Source: Eledone cirrhosa
Lineage: Eukaryota
Direction of reading: 5' to 3'
Assembly (NCBI GenBank): GCA_964016885.1
Contig: OZ024750.1
Location: forward strand, 37,448,001 to 37,512,000
DNA length: 64,000 nucleotides
The notes under the pieces are model-generated. The model ran no database searches and was not told where the DNA came from. It was given only the letters and a program-made list of their open reading frames with translations. Positions 13,100 to 28,300 of the stretch are shown piece after piece. Every line of letters begins with the position of its first letter. The stretch's first letter is position 1. The position numbers and the translations under genes are program-made.

Positions 13100-16000
13100 T
13101 TTTCAAAAAAATGCGTTTATACATTGTGTTTCGACACGTTGAAAAATACAATTTATATATCAATTTTCGAAATCAGAAAGTATATATTTCGAAAGAAAAA
13201 AAATCAATCTTTTTTGAAAAAAAACAATTTTTCGAAATACTGTGTAAAATGATCAATTTGTGAAAAACCTAAAATAATCAATTTTTTTATACTTTTCGAA
13301 ATATTTACTTCTGATTTCTAAAATTGATTTTTTTTAGGTTTTTCACAAACTGATCATTTTACACAGTATTTGGAAAAAAGGCGTTTATACATTGTTCCGA
13401 CACGTTGAAAAATCTTTTAAAAATACAAAATATATATCAATTTTCGAAATCAGAAAGTATGTATTTCGAAAAAAAAAAATCAATCGTTTTTGAAAAAAAA
13501 CAATTTTTCGAAATACTGTAAAATGATCAATTTGTGAAAAACCTAAAATAATCAATTCGTTTATACTTTTCGAAATATTTACTTCTGATTTCTAAAATTG
13601 ATTTTTTTAGGTTTTTCACAAATTGATCATTTTACACAGTATTTCGAAAAATTGTTTTTTTTCAAAAAAATGCGTTCATACATTGTTTCGACACGTTGAA
13701 AAATATTTGAAAAATTAAAAATATATATCAATTTTCGAAATCAGAAAGTATATATTTCGAAAGAAAAAAAATCAATCTTTTTTGAAAAAAAACAATTTTT
13801 CGAAATACTGTGTAAAATGATCAATTTGTGAAAAATCTAAAATAATCAATTTTTTTATAGTTTTCGAAATTTACTTTCTGATTTCTAAAATTGATTTTTT
13901 TAGGTTTTCCACAAATTGATCATTTTACACAGTATTTGGAAAAAATGCATTGTTTCGACACGTTGAAAAATTTTTTAAAAATACAAAATATATATCAATT
14001 TTCGAACTCAGAAACTATATTTCGAAAGAAAAAAAATCAATCTTTTTTGAAAAAAAACAATTTTTCGAAATACTGTGTAAAATGATAGATTTGTGAAAAA
14101 CCTAAAATAATCCATTTTTTTATACTTTTCGAAATATTTACTTCTGATTTCTAAAATTGATTTTTTTAGGTTTTTCACAAATTGATCATTTTACACAGTA
14201 TTTGGAAAAAATATTTTTTTTCAAAAGAATGCGGTTATAAATTGTGTTTCGACACGTTGAAAAATACAAAATATATATCAAAAAGTATATATATCGAAAT
14301 CAGAAAGTATATATTTCGAAAGAAATAAAATCAATCCTTTTTGAAATATAACAATTTTTCGAAATACTGTGTAAAATGATCAATTTGTGAAAAACCTAAA
14401 ATAATCAATTCGTTTATACTTTTCGAAATATTTACTTCTGATTTCTAAAATTGATTTTTTTAGGTTTTTCACAAATTGATCATTTTACACAGTATTTGGA
14501 AAAATTGCGTTTATACATTGTTTCGCCACGTTGAAAAATTTTTTAAAAATACAAAATATATATCAATTTTCGAAATCACAAAGTATATATTTCGAAAGAA
14601 AAAAATCAATCTTTTTTGAAAAAAAACAATTATTCGAAATACTGTGTAAAATGATCAATTTGTGAAAAACCTAAAATAATCAATTCGTTTATACTTTTCG
14701 AAATATTTACTTCTGATTTCTAAAATTGATTTTTTTAGGTTTTTCACAAATTGATCATTTTACACAGTATTTGGAAAAAATGCATTGTTTCGACACGTTG
14801 AAAAATTTTTTAAAAATACAAAATATATATCAATTTTCGAAATCAGAAAGTATATATTTCGAAAGAAAAAAAATTAATCTTTTTTGAAAAAAAACAATTT
14901 TTCGAAATACTGTGTAAAATGATCAATTTGTGAAAAACCTAAAATAATCAATTTTTTTATACCTTTCGAAATATTTACTTCTGATTTCTAAAATTGATTT
15001 TTTTTAGGTTTTTTACAAATTGATCATTTTACACAGTATTGGGAAAAAATGCGTTTATACATTATGTTTCGACACGTTGAAAAATTTTTTAAAAATACAA
15101 AATATATATGAATCATTTTACACAGTATTTGGAAAAAATATTTTTTTTCAAAAAAATGTGTTTATACATTGTGTTTCGACACGTTGAAAAATATTTGAAA
15201 AATACAAAATATATATCAATTTTCGAAATTAGAAAGTATATATTTCGAAAGAAAAAAAATCAATCTTTTTTGAAAAAAAATTTTTCGAATTACTGTGTAA
15301 AATGATCAATTTGTGAAAAACCTAAATTAATAAATTTTTTTATAATTTTAGAAATATTTACTTCTGATTTCTAACATTGATTTTTTTAGGTTTTACACAG
15401 TATTTGGAATAAATGCGTTTATACATTATGTTTCGACACGTTGAAAAATTTTTTAAAAATACAAAATATATATCAATTTTCGAAATCAGAAAGTATATAT
15501 TTCGAAATAAAAAAAATTAATCTTTTTTGAAATATAACAATTTTTCGAAATACTGTGTAAAATGATCAATTTGTGAAAAACCTAAAATAATCAATTTTTT
15601 ATACTTTTCGAAATATTTACTTCTGATTTCTAAAATTGATTTTTTTAGGTTTTTCACAAATTGATCATTTTACACAGTATTTGGAAAAAATGCATTGTTT
15701 CGACACGTTGAAAAATTTTTTAAAAATACAAAATATATATCAATTTTCGAAATCAGAAAGTATATATTTCGAAAGAAAAAAAATTAATCTTTTTTGAAAA
15801 AAAACAATTTTTCGAAATACTGTGTAAAATGATCAATTTGTGAAAAACCTAAAATAATCAATTTTTTAATACTTTTCGAAATATTTACTTCTGATTTCTA
15901 AAATTGATTTTTTTTAGCTTTTTCACAAATTGATCATTTTACACAGTATTTGGAAAAAATATTTTTTTTCAAAAGAATGCGTTTATAAATTGTGTTTCGA

Positions 16001-19000
16001 CACGTTGAAAAATACAAAATATATATCAATTTTCGAAATCAGAAAGTATATATTTCGAAAGAAAAAAAATTAATCTTTTTTGAAAAAAAACAATTTTTCG
16101 AAATACTGTGTAAAATGATCAATTTGTGAAAAACCTAAAATAATCAATTTTTTTATACTTTTCGAAATATTTACTTCTGATTTCTAAAATTGATTTTTTT
16201 AGGTTTTACACAGTATTTGCAAAAAAGGCGTTTATACATTTAGTTTCGACACGTTGAAAAATACAAAATATATATCAATTTTCGAAATCAGAAGTATATA
16301 TTTCGAAAGAAAAAAATCAATCTCTTTTGAAAAAAAACAATTTTTCGAAATACTGTGTAAAATGATCAATTTGTGAAAAACCTAAAATAATCAATTTTTT
16401 TATACTTTTCGAACTATTCACTTCTGATTTCTAAAATTGATTTTTTTAGGTTTTTCACAAATTGATCATTTTACACTATTTGGAAAAAATATTTTTTTTC
16501 AAAAAAATGCGTTTATACATTGTGTTTCGACACGTTGAAAAATACAATATATATATCAATTTTCGAAATCAGAAAGTATATATTTCGAAAGAAAAAAAAT
16601 CAATCTTTTTTGAAAAAAAACAATTTTTCGAAATACTGTGTAAAATGATCAAATGGTGAAAAACCTAAAATAATCAATTTTTTTATACTTTTCGAAATAT
16701 TTACTTCTGATTTCTAAAATTGATTTTTTTAGGTTTTTCACAAATTGATAATTTTACACTATTTTGAAAAAATATTTTTTTTCAAAAAAATGCGTTTATA
16801 CATTGTGTTTCGACACGTTGAAAAATACAATTTATATATCAATTTTCGAAATCAGAAAGTATATATTTCGAAAGAAATAAAATCAATCTTTTTTGAAAAA
16901 AAACAATTTTTCGAAATACTGTGTAACATGATCAATTTGTGAAAAACCTAAAATAATCAATTTTTTTATACTTTTCGAAATATTTACTTCTGATTTCTAA
17001 AATTGATTTTTTTAGGTTTTTCACAAATTGATCATTTTACACAGTATTTGGAAAAATTGCGTTTATACATTGTTTCGACACGTTGAAAAATTTTTTAAAA
17101 ATACAAAATATATATCAATTTTCGAAATCACAAAGTATATATTTCGAAAGAAAAAAATCAATCTTTTTTGAAAAAAAACAATTATTCGAAATACTGTGTA
17201 AAATGATCAATTTGTGAAAAACCTAAAATAATCAATTCGTTTATACTTTTCGAAATATTTACTTCTGATTTCTAAAATTGATTTTTTTAGGTTTTTCACA
17301 AATTGATCATTTTACACAGTATTTGGACAAAATATTTTTTTTCAAAAAAATGTGTTTATACATTGTGTTTCGACACGTTGAAAAATATTTGAAAAATTAA
17401 AAATATATATCAATTTTCGAAATCAGAAAGTATATATTTCGAAAGAAAAAAATCAATCTCTTTTAAAAAAAAACAATTTTTCGAAATACTGTGTAAAATG
17501 ATCAATTTGTGAAAAACCTAAAATAATCAATTTTTTTATACTTTTCGAAATATTTACTTCTGATTTCTAAAATTGATTTTTTTAGGTTTTTCACAAATTG
17601 ATCATTTTACACTATTTGGAAAAAATATTTTTTTTCAAAAAAATGCGTTTATACATTGTGTTTCGACACGTTAAAAAATACAATATATATATCAATTTTC
17701 GAAATCAGAAAGTATATATTTCGAAAGAAAAAAAATCAATCTTTTTTGAAAAAAAACAATTTTTCGAAATACTGTGTAAAATGATCAATTTGTGAAAAAC
17801 CTAAAATAATCAATTTTTTTATACTTTTCGAAATATTTACTTCTGATTTCTAAAATTGATTTTTTTAGGTTTTTCACAAATTGATAATTTTACACTATTT
17901 GGAAAAAATATTTTTTTTCAAAAAAATGCGTTTATACATTGTGTTTCGACACGTTGAAAAATACAATTTATATATCAATTTTCGAAATCAGAAAGTATAT
18001 ATTTCGAAAGAAAAAAAATCAATCTTTTTTGAAAAAAAACAATTTTTCGAAATACTGTGTAAAATGATCAATTTGTGAAAAACCTAAAATAATCAATTTT
18101 TTTATACTTTTCGAAATATTTACTTCTGATTTCTAAAATTGATTTTTTTTAGGTTTTTCACAAACTGATCATTTTACACAGTATTTGGAAAAAAGGCGTT
18201 TATACATTGTTCCGACACGTTGAAAAATCTTTTAAAAATACAAAATATATATCAATTTTCGAAATCAGAAAGTATGTATTTCGAAAAAAAAAAATCAATC
18301 GTTTTTGAAAAAAAACAATTTTTCGAAATACTGTAAAATGATCAATTTGTGAAAAACCTAAAATAATCAATTCGTTTATACTTTTCGAAATATTTACTTC
18401 TGATTTCTAAAATTGATTTTTTTAGGTTTTTCACAAATTGATCATTTTACACAGTATTTCGAAAAATTGTTTTTTTTCAAAAAAATGCGTTCATACATTG
18501 TTTCGACACGTTGAAAAATATTTGAAAAATTAAAAATATATATCAATTTTCGAAATCAGAAAGTATATATTTCGAAAGAAAAAAAATCAATCTTTTTTGA
18601 AAAAAAACAATTTTTCGAAATACTGTGTAAAATGATCAATTTGTGAAAAATCTAAAATAATCAATTTTTTTATAGTTTTCGAAATTTACTTTCTGATTTC
18701 TAAAATTGATTTTTTTAGGTTTTCCACAAATTGATCATTTTACACAGTATTTGGAAAAAATGCATTGTTTCGACACGTTGAAAAATTTTTTAAAAATACA
18801 AAATATATATCAATTTTCGAACTCAGAAACTATATTTCGAAAGAAAAAAAATCAATCTTTTTTGAAAAAAAACAATTTTTCGAAATACTGTGTAAAATGA
18901 TAGATTTGTGAAAAACCTAAAATAATCCATTTTTTTATACTTTTCGAAATATTTACTTCTGATTTCTAAAATTGATTTTTTTAGGTTTTTCACAAATTGA

Positions 19001-22000
19001 TCATTTTACACAGTATTTGGAAAAAATATTTTTTTTCAAAAGAATGCGGTTATAAATTGTGTTTCGACACGTTGAAAAATACAAAATATATATCAAAAAG
19101 TATATATATCGAAATCAGAAAGTATATATTTCGAAAGAAATAAAATCAATCCTTTTTGAAATATAACAATTTTTCGAAATACTGTGTAAAATGATCAATT
19201 TGTGAAAAACCTAAAATAATCAATTCGTTTATACTTTTCGAAATATTTACTTCTGATTTCTAAAATTGATTTTTTTAGGTTTTTCACAAATTGATCATTT
19301 TACACAGTATTTGGAAAAATTGCGTTTATACATTGTTTCGCCACGTTGAAAAATTTTTTAAAAATACAAAATATATATCAATTTTCGAAATCACAAAGTA
19401 TATATTTCGAAAGAAAAAAATCAATCTTTTTTGAAAAAAAACAATTATTCGAAATACTGTGTAAAATGATCAATTTGTGAAAAACCTAAAATAATCAATT
19501 CGTTTATACTTTTCGAAATATTTACTTCTGATTTCTAAAATTGATTTTTTTAGGTTTTTCACAAATTGATCATTTTACACAGTATTTGGAAAAAATGCAT
19601 TGTTTCGACACGTTGAAAAATTTTTTAAAAATACAAAATATATATCAATTTTCGAAATCAGAAAGTATATATTTCGAAAGAAAAAAAATTAATCTTTTTT
19701 GAAAAAAAACAATTTTTCGAAATACTGTGTAAAATGATCAATTTGTGAAAAACCTAAAATAATCAATTTTTTTATACCTTTCGAAATATTTACTTCTGAT
19801 TTCTAAAATTGATTTTTTTTAGGTTTTTTACAAATTGATCATTTTACACAGTATTGGGAAAAAATGCGTTTATACATTATGTTTCGACACGTTGAAAAAT
19901 TTTTTAAAAATACAAAATATATATGAATCATTTTACACAGTATTTGGAAAAAATATTTTTTTTCAAAAAAATGTGTTTATACATTGTGTTTCGACACGTT
20001 GAAAAATATTTGAAAAATACAAAATATATATCAATTTTCGAAATTAGAAAGTATATATTTCGAAAGAAAAAAAATCAATCTTTTTTGAAAAAAAATTTTT
20101 CGAATTACTGTGTAAAATGATCAATTTGTGAAAAACCTAAATTAATAAATTTTTTTATAATTTTAGAAATATTTACTTCTGATTTCTAACATTGATTTTT
20201 TTAGGTTTTACACAGTATTTGGAATAAATGCGTTTATACATTATGTTTCGACACGTTGAAAAATTTTTTAAAAATACAAAATATATATCAATTTTCGAAA
20301 TCAGAAAGTATATATTTCGAAATAAAAAAAATTAATCTTTTTTGAAATATAACAATTTTTCGAAATACTGTGTAAAATGATCAATTTGTGAAAAACCTAA
20401 AATAATCAATTTTTTATACTTTTCGAAATATTTACTTCTGATTTCTAAAATTGATTTTTTTAGGTTTTTCACAAATTGATCATTTTACACAGTATTTGGA
20501 AAAAATGCATTGTTTCGACACGTTGAAAAATTTTTTAAAAATACAAAATATATATCAATTTTCGAAATCAGAAAGTATATATTTCGAAAGAAAAAAAATT
20601 AATCTTTTTTGAAAAAAAACAATTTTTCGAAATACTGTGTAAAATGATCAATTTGTGAAAAACCTAAAATAATCAATTTTTTAATACTTTTCGAAATATT
20701 TACTTCTGATTTCTAAAATTGATTTTTTTTAGCTTTTTCACAAATTGATCATTTTACACAGTATTTGGAAAAAATATTTTTTTTCAAAAGAATGCGTTTA
20801 TAAATTGTGTTTCGACACGTTGAAAAATACAAAATATATATCAATTTTCGAAATCAGAAAGTATATATTTCGAAAGAAAAAAAATTAATCTTTTTTGAAA
20901 AAAAACAATTTTTCGAAATACTGTGTAAAATGATCAATTTGTGAAAAACCTAAAATAATCAATTTTTTTATACTTTTCGAAATATTTACTTCTGATTTCT
21001 AAAATTGATTTTTTTAGGTTTTACACAGTATTTGCAAAAAAGGCGTTTATACATTTAGTTTCGACACGTTGAAAAATACAAAATATATATCAATTTTCGA
21101 AATCAGAAGTATATATTTCGAAAGAAAAAAATCAATCTCTTTTGAAAAAAAACAATTTTTCGAAATACTGTGTAAAATGATCAATTTGTGAAAAACCTAA
21201 AATAATCAATTTTTTTATACTTTTCGAACTATTCACTTCTGATTTCTAAAATTGATTTTTTTAGGTTTTTCACAAATTGATCATTTTACACTATTTGGAA
21301 AAAATATTTTTTTTCAAAAAAATGCGTTTATACATTGTGTTTCGACACGTTGAAAAATACAATATATATATCAATTTTCGAAATCAGAAAGTATATATTT
21401 CGAAAGAAAAAAAATCAATCTTTTTTGAAAAAAAACAATTTTTCGAAATACTGTGTAAAATGATCAAATGGTGAAAAACCTAAAATAATCAATTTTTTTA
21501 TACTTTTCGAAATATTTACTTCTGATTTCTAAAATTGATTTTTTTAGGTTTTTCACAAATTGATAATTTTACACTATTTTGAAAAAATATTTTTTTTCAA
21601 AAAAATGCGTTTATACATTGTGTTTCGACACGTTGAAAAATACAATTTATATATCAATTTTCGAAATCAGAAAGTATATATTTCGAAAGAAATAAAATCA
21701 ATCTTTTTTGAAAAAAAACAATTTTTCGAAATACTGTGTAACATGATCAATTTGTGAAAAACCTAAAATAATCAATTTTTTTATACTTTTCGAAATATTT
21801 ACTTCTGATTTCTAAAATTGATTTTTTTAGGTTTTTCACAAATTGATCATTTTACACAGTATTTGGAAAAATTGCGTTTATACATTGTTTCGACACGTTG
21901 AAAAATTTTTTAAAAATACAAAATATATATCAATTTTCGAAATCACAAAGTATATATTTCGAAAGAAAAAAATCAATCTTTTTTGAAAAAAAACAATTAT

Positions 22001-22140
22001 TCGAAATACTGTGTAAAATGATCAATTTGTGAAAAACCTAAAATAATCAATTCGTTTATACTTTTCGAAATATTTACTTCTGATTTCTAAAATTGATTTT
22101 TTTAGGTTTTTCACAAATTGATCATTTTACACAGTATTTG
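13100..22140 (+). repeat. Tandem higher-order repeat, 4815-bp period (17 monomers, one of them compound)
   Basis: Offsets of 4815 for 13891/18706, 15108/19923, 16462/21277 and 16745/21560. Shared markers are tttagCtttt (~15917/20733) and tcagaagtat (~16290/21105). Confidence 0.92.
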
Positions 22141-25100
22141 GAAAAAATGCATTGTTTCGACACGTTGAAAAATTTTTTAAAAATACAAAATATATATCAA
22201 TTTTCGAAATCAGAAAGTATATATTTCGAAAGAAAAAAAATTAATCTTTTTTGAAAAAAAACAATTTTTCGAAATACTGTGTAAAATGATCAATTTGTGA
22301 AAAACCTAAAATAATCAATTTTTTTATACCTTTCGAAATATTTACTTCTGATTTCTAAAATTGATTTTTTTTAGGTTTTTTACAAATTGATCATTTTACA
22401 CAGTATTGGGAAAAAATGCGTTTATACATTATGTTTCGACACGTTGAAAAATTTTTTAAAAATACAAAATATATATGAATCATTTTACACAGTATTTGGA
22501 AAAAATATTTTTTTTCAAAAAAATGTGTTTATACATTGTGTTTCGACACGTTGAAAAATATTTGAAAAATACAAAATATATATCAATTTTCGAAATTAGA
22601 AAGTATATATTTCGAAAGAAAAAAAATCAATCTTTTTCGAAAAAAAATTTTTCGAATTACTGTGTAAAATGATCAATTTGTGAAAAACCTAAATTAATAA
22701 ATTTTTTTATAATTTTAGAAATATTTACTTCTGATTTCTAACATTGATTTTTTTAGGTTTTACACAGTATTTGGAATAAATGCGTTTATACATTATGTTT
22801 CGACACGTTGAAAAATTTTTTAAAAATACAAAATATATATCAATTTTCGAAATCAGAAAGTATATATTTCGAAATAAAAAAAATTAATCTTTTTTGAAAT
22901 ATAACAATTTTTCGAAATACTGTGTAAAATGATCAATTTGTGAAAAACCTAAAATAATCAATTTTTTATACTTTTCGAAATATTTACTTCTGATTTCTAA
23001 AATTGATTTTTTTTAGGTTTTTCACAAATTGATCATTTTACACAGTATTTGGAAAAAATATTTTTTTTCAAAAGAATGCGTTTATAAATTGTGTTTCGAC
23101 ACGTTGAAAAATACAAAATATATATCAATTTTCGAAATCAGAAAGTATATATTTCGAAAGAAAAAAAATTAATCTTTTTTGAAAAAAAACAATTTTTCAA
23201 AATACTGTGTAAAATGATCAATTTGTGAAAAACCTAAAATAATCAATTTTTTTATACTTTTCGAAATATTTACTTCTGATTTCTAAAATTGATTTTTTTA
23301 GGTTTTACACAGTATTTGCAAAAAAGGCGTTTATACATTTAGTTTCGACACGTTGAAAAATACAAAATATATATCAATTTTCGAAATCAGAAAGTATATA
23401 TTTCGAAAGAAAAAAATCAATCTCTTTTGAAAAAAAACAATTTTTCGAAATACTGTGTAAAATGATCAATTTGTGAAAAACCTAAAATAATCAATTTTTT
23501 TATACTTTTCGAACTATTCACTTCTGATTTCTAAAATTGATTTTTTTAGGTTTTTCACAAATTGATCATTTTACACTATTTGGAAAAAATATTTTTTTTC
23601 AAAAAAATGCGTTTGTACATTGTGTTTCGACACGTTGAAAAATACAATATATATATCAATTTTCGAAATCAGAAAGTATATATTTCGAAAGAAAAAAAAT
23701 CAATCTTTTTTGAAAAAAAAAATTTTTCGAAATACTGTGTAAAATGATCAAATGGTGAAAAACCTAAAATAATCAATTTTTTTATACTTTTCGAAATATT
23801 TACTTCTGATTTCTAAAATTGATTTTTTTAGGTTTTTCACAAATTGATAATTTTACACTATTTTGAAAAAATATTTTTTTTCAAAAAAATGCGTTTATAC
23901 ATTGTGTTTCGACACGTTGAAAAATACAATTTATATATCAATTTTCGAAATCAGAAAGTATATATTTCGAAAGAAATAAAATCAATCTTTTTTGAAAAAA
24001 AACAATTTTTCGAAATACTGTGTAACATGATCAATTTGTGAAAAACCTAAAATAATCAATTTTTTTATACTTTTCGAAATATTTACTTCTGATTTCTAAA
24101 ATTGATTTTTTTAGGTTTTTCACAAATTGATCATTTTACACAGTATTTGGAAAAATTGCGTTTATACATTGTTTCGCCACGTTGAAAAATTTTTTAAAAA
24201 TACAAAATATATATCAATTTTCGAAATCACAAAGTATATATTTCGAAAGAAAAAAATCAATCTTTTTTGAAAAAAAACAATTATTCGAAATACTGTGTAA
24301 AATGATCAATTTGTGAAAAACCTAAAATAATCAATTCGTTTATACTTTTCGAAATATTTACTTCTGATTTCTAAAATTGATTTTTTTAGGTTTTTCACAA
24401 ATTGATCATTTTACACAGTATTTGGAAAAAATGCATTGTTTCGACACGTTGAAAAATTTTTTAAAAATACAAAATATATATCAATTTTCGAAATCAGAAA
24501 GTATATATTTCGAAAGAAAAAAAATTAATCTTTTTTGAAAAAAAACAATTTTTCGAAATACTGTGTAAAATGATCAATTTGTGAAAAACCTAAAATAATC
24601 AATTTTTTTATACCTTTCGAAATATTTACTTCTGATTTCTAAAATTGATTTTTTTTAGGTTTTTTACAAATTGATCATTTTACACAGTATTGGGAAAAAA
24701 TGCGTTTATACATTATGTTTCGACACGTTGAAAAATTTTTTAAAAATACAAAATATATATGAATCATTTTACACAGTATTTGGAAAAAATATTTTTTTTC
24801 AAAAAAATGTGTTTATACATTGTGTTTCGACACGTTGAAAAATATTTGAAAAATACAAAATATATATCAATTTTCGAAATTAGAAAGTATATATTTCGAA
24901 AGAAAAAAAATCAATCTTTTTTGAAAAAAAATTTTTCGAATTACTGTGTAAAATGATCAATTTGTGAAAAACCTAAATTAATAAATTTTTTTATAATTTT
25001 AGAAATATTTACTTCTGATTTCTAACATTGATTTTTTTAGGTTTTACACAGTATTTGGAATAAATGCGTTTATACATTATGTTTCGACACGTTGAAAAAT

Positions 25101-25300
25101 TTTTTAAAAATACAAAATATATATCAATTTTCGAAATCAGAAAGTATATATTTCGAAATAAAAAAAATTAATCTTTTTTGAAATATAACAATTTTTCGAA
25201 ATACTGTGTAAAATGATCAATTTGTGAAAAACCTAAAATAATCAATTTTTTATACTTTTCGAAATATTTACTTCTGATTTCTAAAATTGATTTTTTTAGG
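20740..25300 (+). repeat. Tandem higher-order repeat, ~2284-bp period (8 monomers)
   Basis: Offsets 21560/23844 and 22475/24759 = 2284, and 21277/23562 = 2285. The order of monomer variants is the same in both copies. Confidence 0.85.
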
Positions 25301-28300
25301 TTTTTCACAAATTGATCATTTTACACAGTATTTGGAAAAAATGCATTGTTTCGACACGTTGAAAAATTTTTTAAAAATACAAAATATATATCAATTTTCG
25401 AAATCAGAAAGTATATATTTCGAAAGAAAAAAAATTAATCTTTTTTGAAAAAAAACAATTTTTCGAAATACTGTGTAAAATGATCAATTTGTGAAAAACC
25501 TAAAATAATCAATTTTTTAATACTTTTCGAAATATTTACTTCTGATTTCTAAAATTGATTTTTTTTAGGTTTTTCACAAATTGATCATTTTACACAGTAT
25601 TTGGAAAAAATATTTTTTTTCAAAAGAATGCGTTTATAAATTGTGTTTCGACACGTTGAAAAATACAAAATATATATCAATTTTCGAAATCAGAAAGTAT
25701 ATATTTCGAAAGAAAAAAAATTAATCTTTTTTGAAAAAAAACAATTTTTCGAAATACTGTGTAAAATGATCAATTTGTGAAAAACCTAAAATAATCAATT
25801 TTTTTATACTTTTCGAAATATTTACTTCTGATTTCTAAAATTGATTTTTTTAGGTTTTACACAGTATTTGCAAAAAAGGCGTTTATACATTTAGTTTCGA
25901 CACGTTGAAAAATACAAAATATATATCAATTTTCGAAATCAGAAAGTATATATTTCGAAAGAAAAAAATCAATCTCTTTTGAAAAAAAACAATTTTTCGA
26001 AATACTGTGTAAAATGATCAATTTGTGAAAAACCTAGAATAATCAATTTTTTTATACTTTTCGAACTATTCACTTCTGATTTCTAAAATTGATTTTTTTA
26101 GGTTTTTCACAAATTGATCATTTTACACTATTTGGAAAAAATATTTTTTTTCAAAAAAATGCGTTTATACATTGTGTTTCGACACGTTGAAAAATACAAT
26201 ATATATATCAATTTTCGAAATCAGAAAGTATATATTTCGAAAGAAAAAAAATCAATCTTTTTTGAAAAAAAACAATTTTTCGAAATACTGTGTAAAATGA
26301 TCAAATGGTGAAAAACCTAAAATAATCAATTTTTTTATACTTTTCGAAATATTTACTTCTGATTTCTAAAATTGATTTTTTTAGGTTTTTCACAAATTGA
26401 TAATTTTACACTATTTTGAAAAAATATTTTTTTTCAAAAAAATGCGTTTATACATTGTGTTTCGACACGTTGAAAAATACAATTTATATATCAATTTTCG
26501 AAATCAGAAAGTATATATTTCGAAAGAAATAAAATCAATCTTTTTTGAAAAAAAACAATTTTTCGAAATACTGTGTAACATGATCAATTTGTGAAAAACC
26601 TAAAATAATCAATTTTTTTATACTTTTCGAAATATTTACTTCTGATTTCTAAAATTGATTTTTTTAGGTTTTTCACAAATTGATCATTTTACACAGTATT
26701 TGGAATAATTGCGTTTATACATTGTTTCGACACGTTGAAAAATTTTTTAAAAATACAAAATATATATCAATTTTCGAAATCACAAAGTATATATTTCGAA
26801 AGAAAAAAATCAATCTTTTTTGAAAAAAAACAATTATTCGAAATACTGTGTAAAATGATCAATTTGTGAAAAACCTAAAATAATCAATTCGTTTATACTT
26901 TTCGAAATATTTACTTCTGATTTCTAAAATTGATTTTTTTAGGTTTTTCACAAATTGATCATTTTACACAGTATTTGGAAAAAATGCATTGTTTCGACAC
27001 GTTGAAAAATTTTTTAAAAATACAAAATATATATCAATTTTCGAAATCAGAAAGTATATATTTCGAAAGAAAAAAAATTAATCTTTTTTGAAAAAAAACA
27101 ATTTTTCGAAATACTGTGTAAAATGATCAATTTGTGAAAAACCTAAAATAATCAATTTTTTAATACTTTTCGAAATATTTACTTCTGATTTCTAAAATTG
27201 ATTTTTTTTAGGTTTTTCACAAATTGATCATTTTACACAGTATTTGGAAAAAATATTTTTTTTCAAAAGAATGCGTTTATAAATTGTGTTTCGACACGTT
27301 GAAAAATACAAAATATATATCAATTTTCGAAATCAGAAAGTATATATTTCGAAAGAAAAAAAATTAATCTTTTTTGAAAAAAAACAATTTTTCGAAATAC
27401 TGTGTAAAATGATCAATTTGTGAAAAACCTAAAATAATCAATTTTTTTATACTTTTCGAAATATTTACTTCTGATTTCTAAAATTGATTTTTTTAGGTTT
27501 TACACAGTATTTGCAAAAAAGGCGTTTATACATTTAGTTTCGACACGTTGAAAAATACAAAATATATATCAATTTTCGAAATCAGAAAGTATATATTTCG
27601 AAAGAAAAAAATCAATCTCTTTTGAAAAAAAACAATTTTTCGAAATACTGTGTAAAATGATCAATTTGTGAAAAACCTAAAATAATCAATTTTTTTATAC
27701 TTTTCGAACTATTCACTTCTGATTTCTAAAATTGATTTTTTTAGGTTTTTCACAAATTGATCATTTTACACTATTTGGAAAAAATATTTTTTTTCAAAAA
27801 AATGCGTTTATACATTGTGTTTCGACACGTTGAAAAATACAATATATATATCAATTTTCGAAATCAGAAAGTATATATTTCGAAAGAAAAAAAATCAATC
27901 TTTTTTGAAAAAAAACAATTTTTCGAAATACTGTGTAAAATGATCAAATGGTGAAAAACCTAAAATAATCAATTTTTTTATACTTTTCGAAATATTTACT
28001 TCTGATTTCTAAAATTGATTTTTTTAGGTTTTTCACAAATTGATAATTTTACACTATTTTGAAAAAATATTTTTTTTCAAAAAAATGCGTTTATACATTG
28101 TGTTTCGACACGTTGAAAAATACAATTTATATATCAATTTTCGAAATCAGAAAGTATATATTTCGAAAGAAATAAAATCAATCTTTTTTGAAAAAAAACA
28201 ATTTTTCGAAATACTGTGTAACATGATCAATTTGTGAAAAACCTAAAATAATCAATTTTTTTATACTTTTCGAAATATTTACTTCTGATTTCTAAAATTG

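Larger units (their letters stand above)
3290..13560 (+). repeat. Tandem higher-order repeat, 5259-bp period (19 monomers); the second copy lacks one monomer near 13.07 kb
   Basis: Six marker ORF pairs have an identical 5259 offset: 4165/9424, 4702/9961, 5558/10817, 5845/11104, 6648/11907 and 7227/12486. The private SNP gatcatAttacac occurs at ~5848 and ~11107. Confidence 0.92.
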
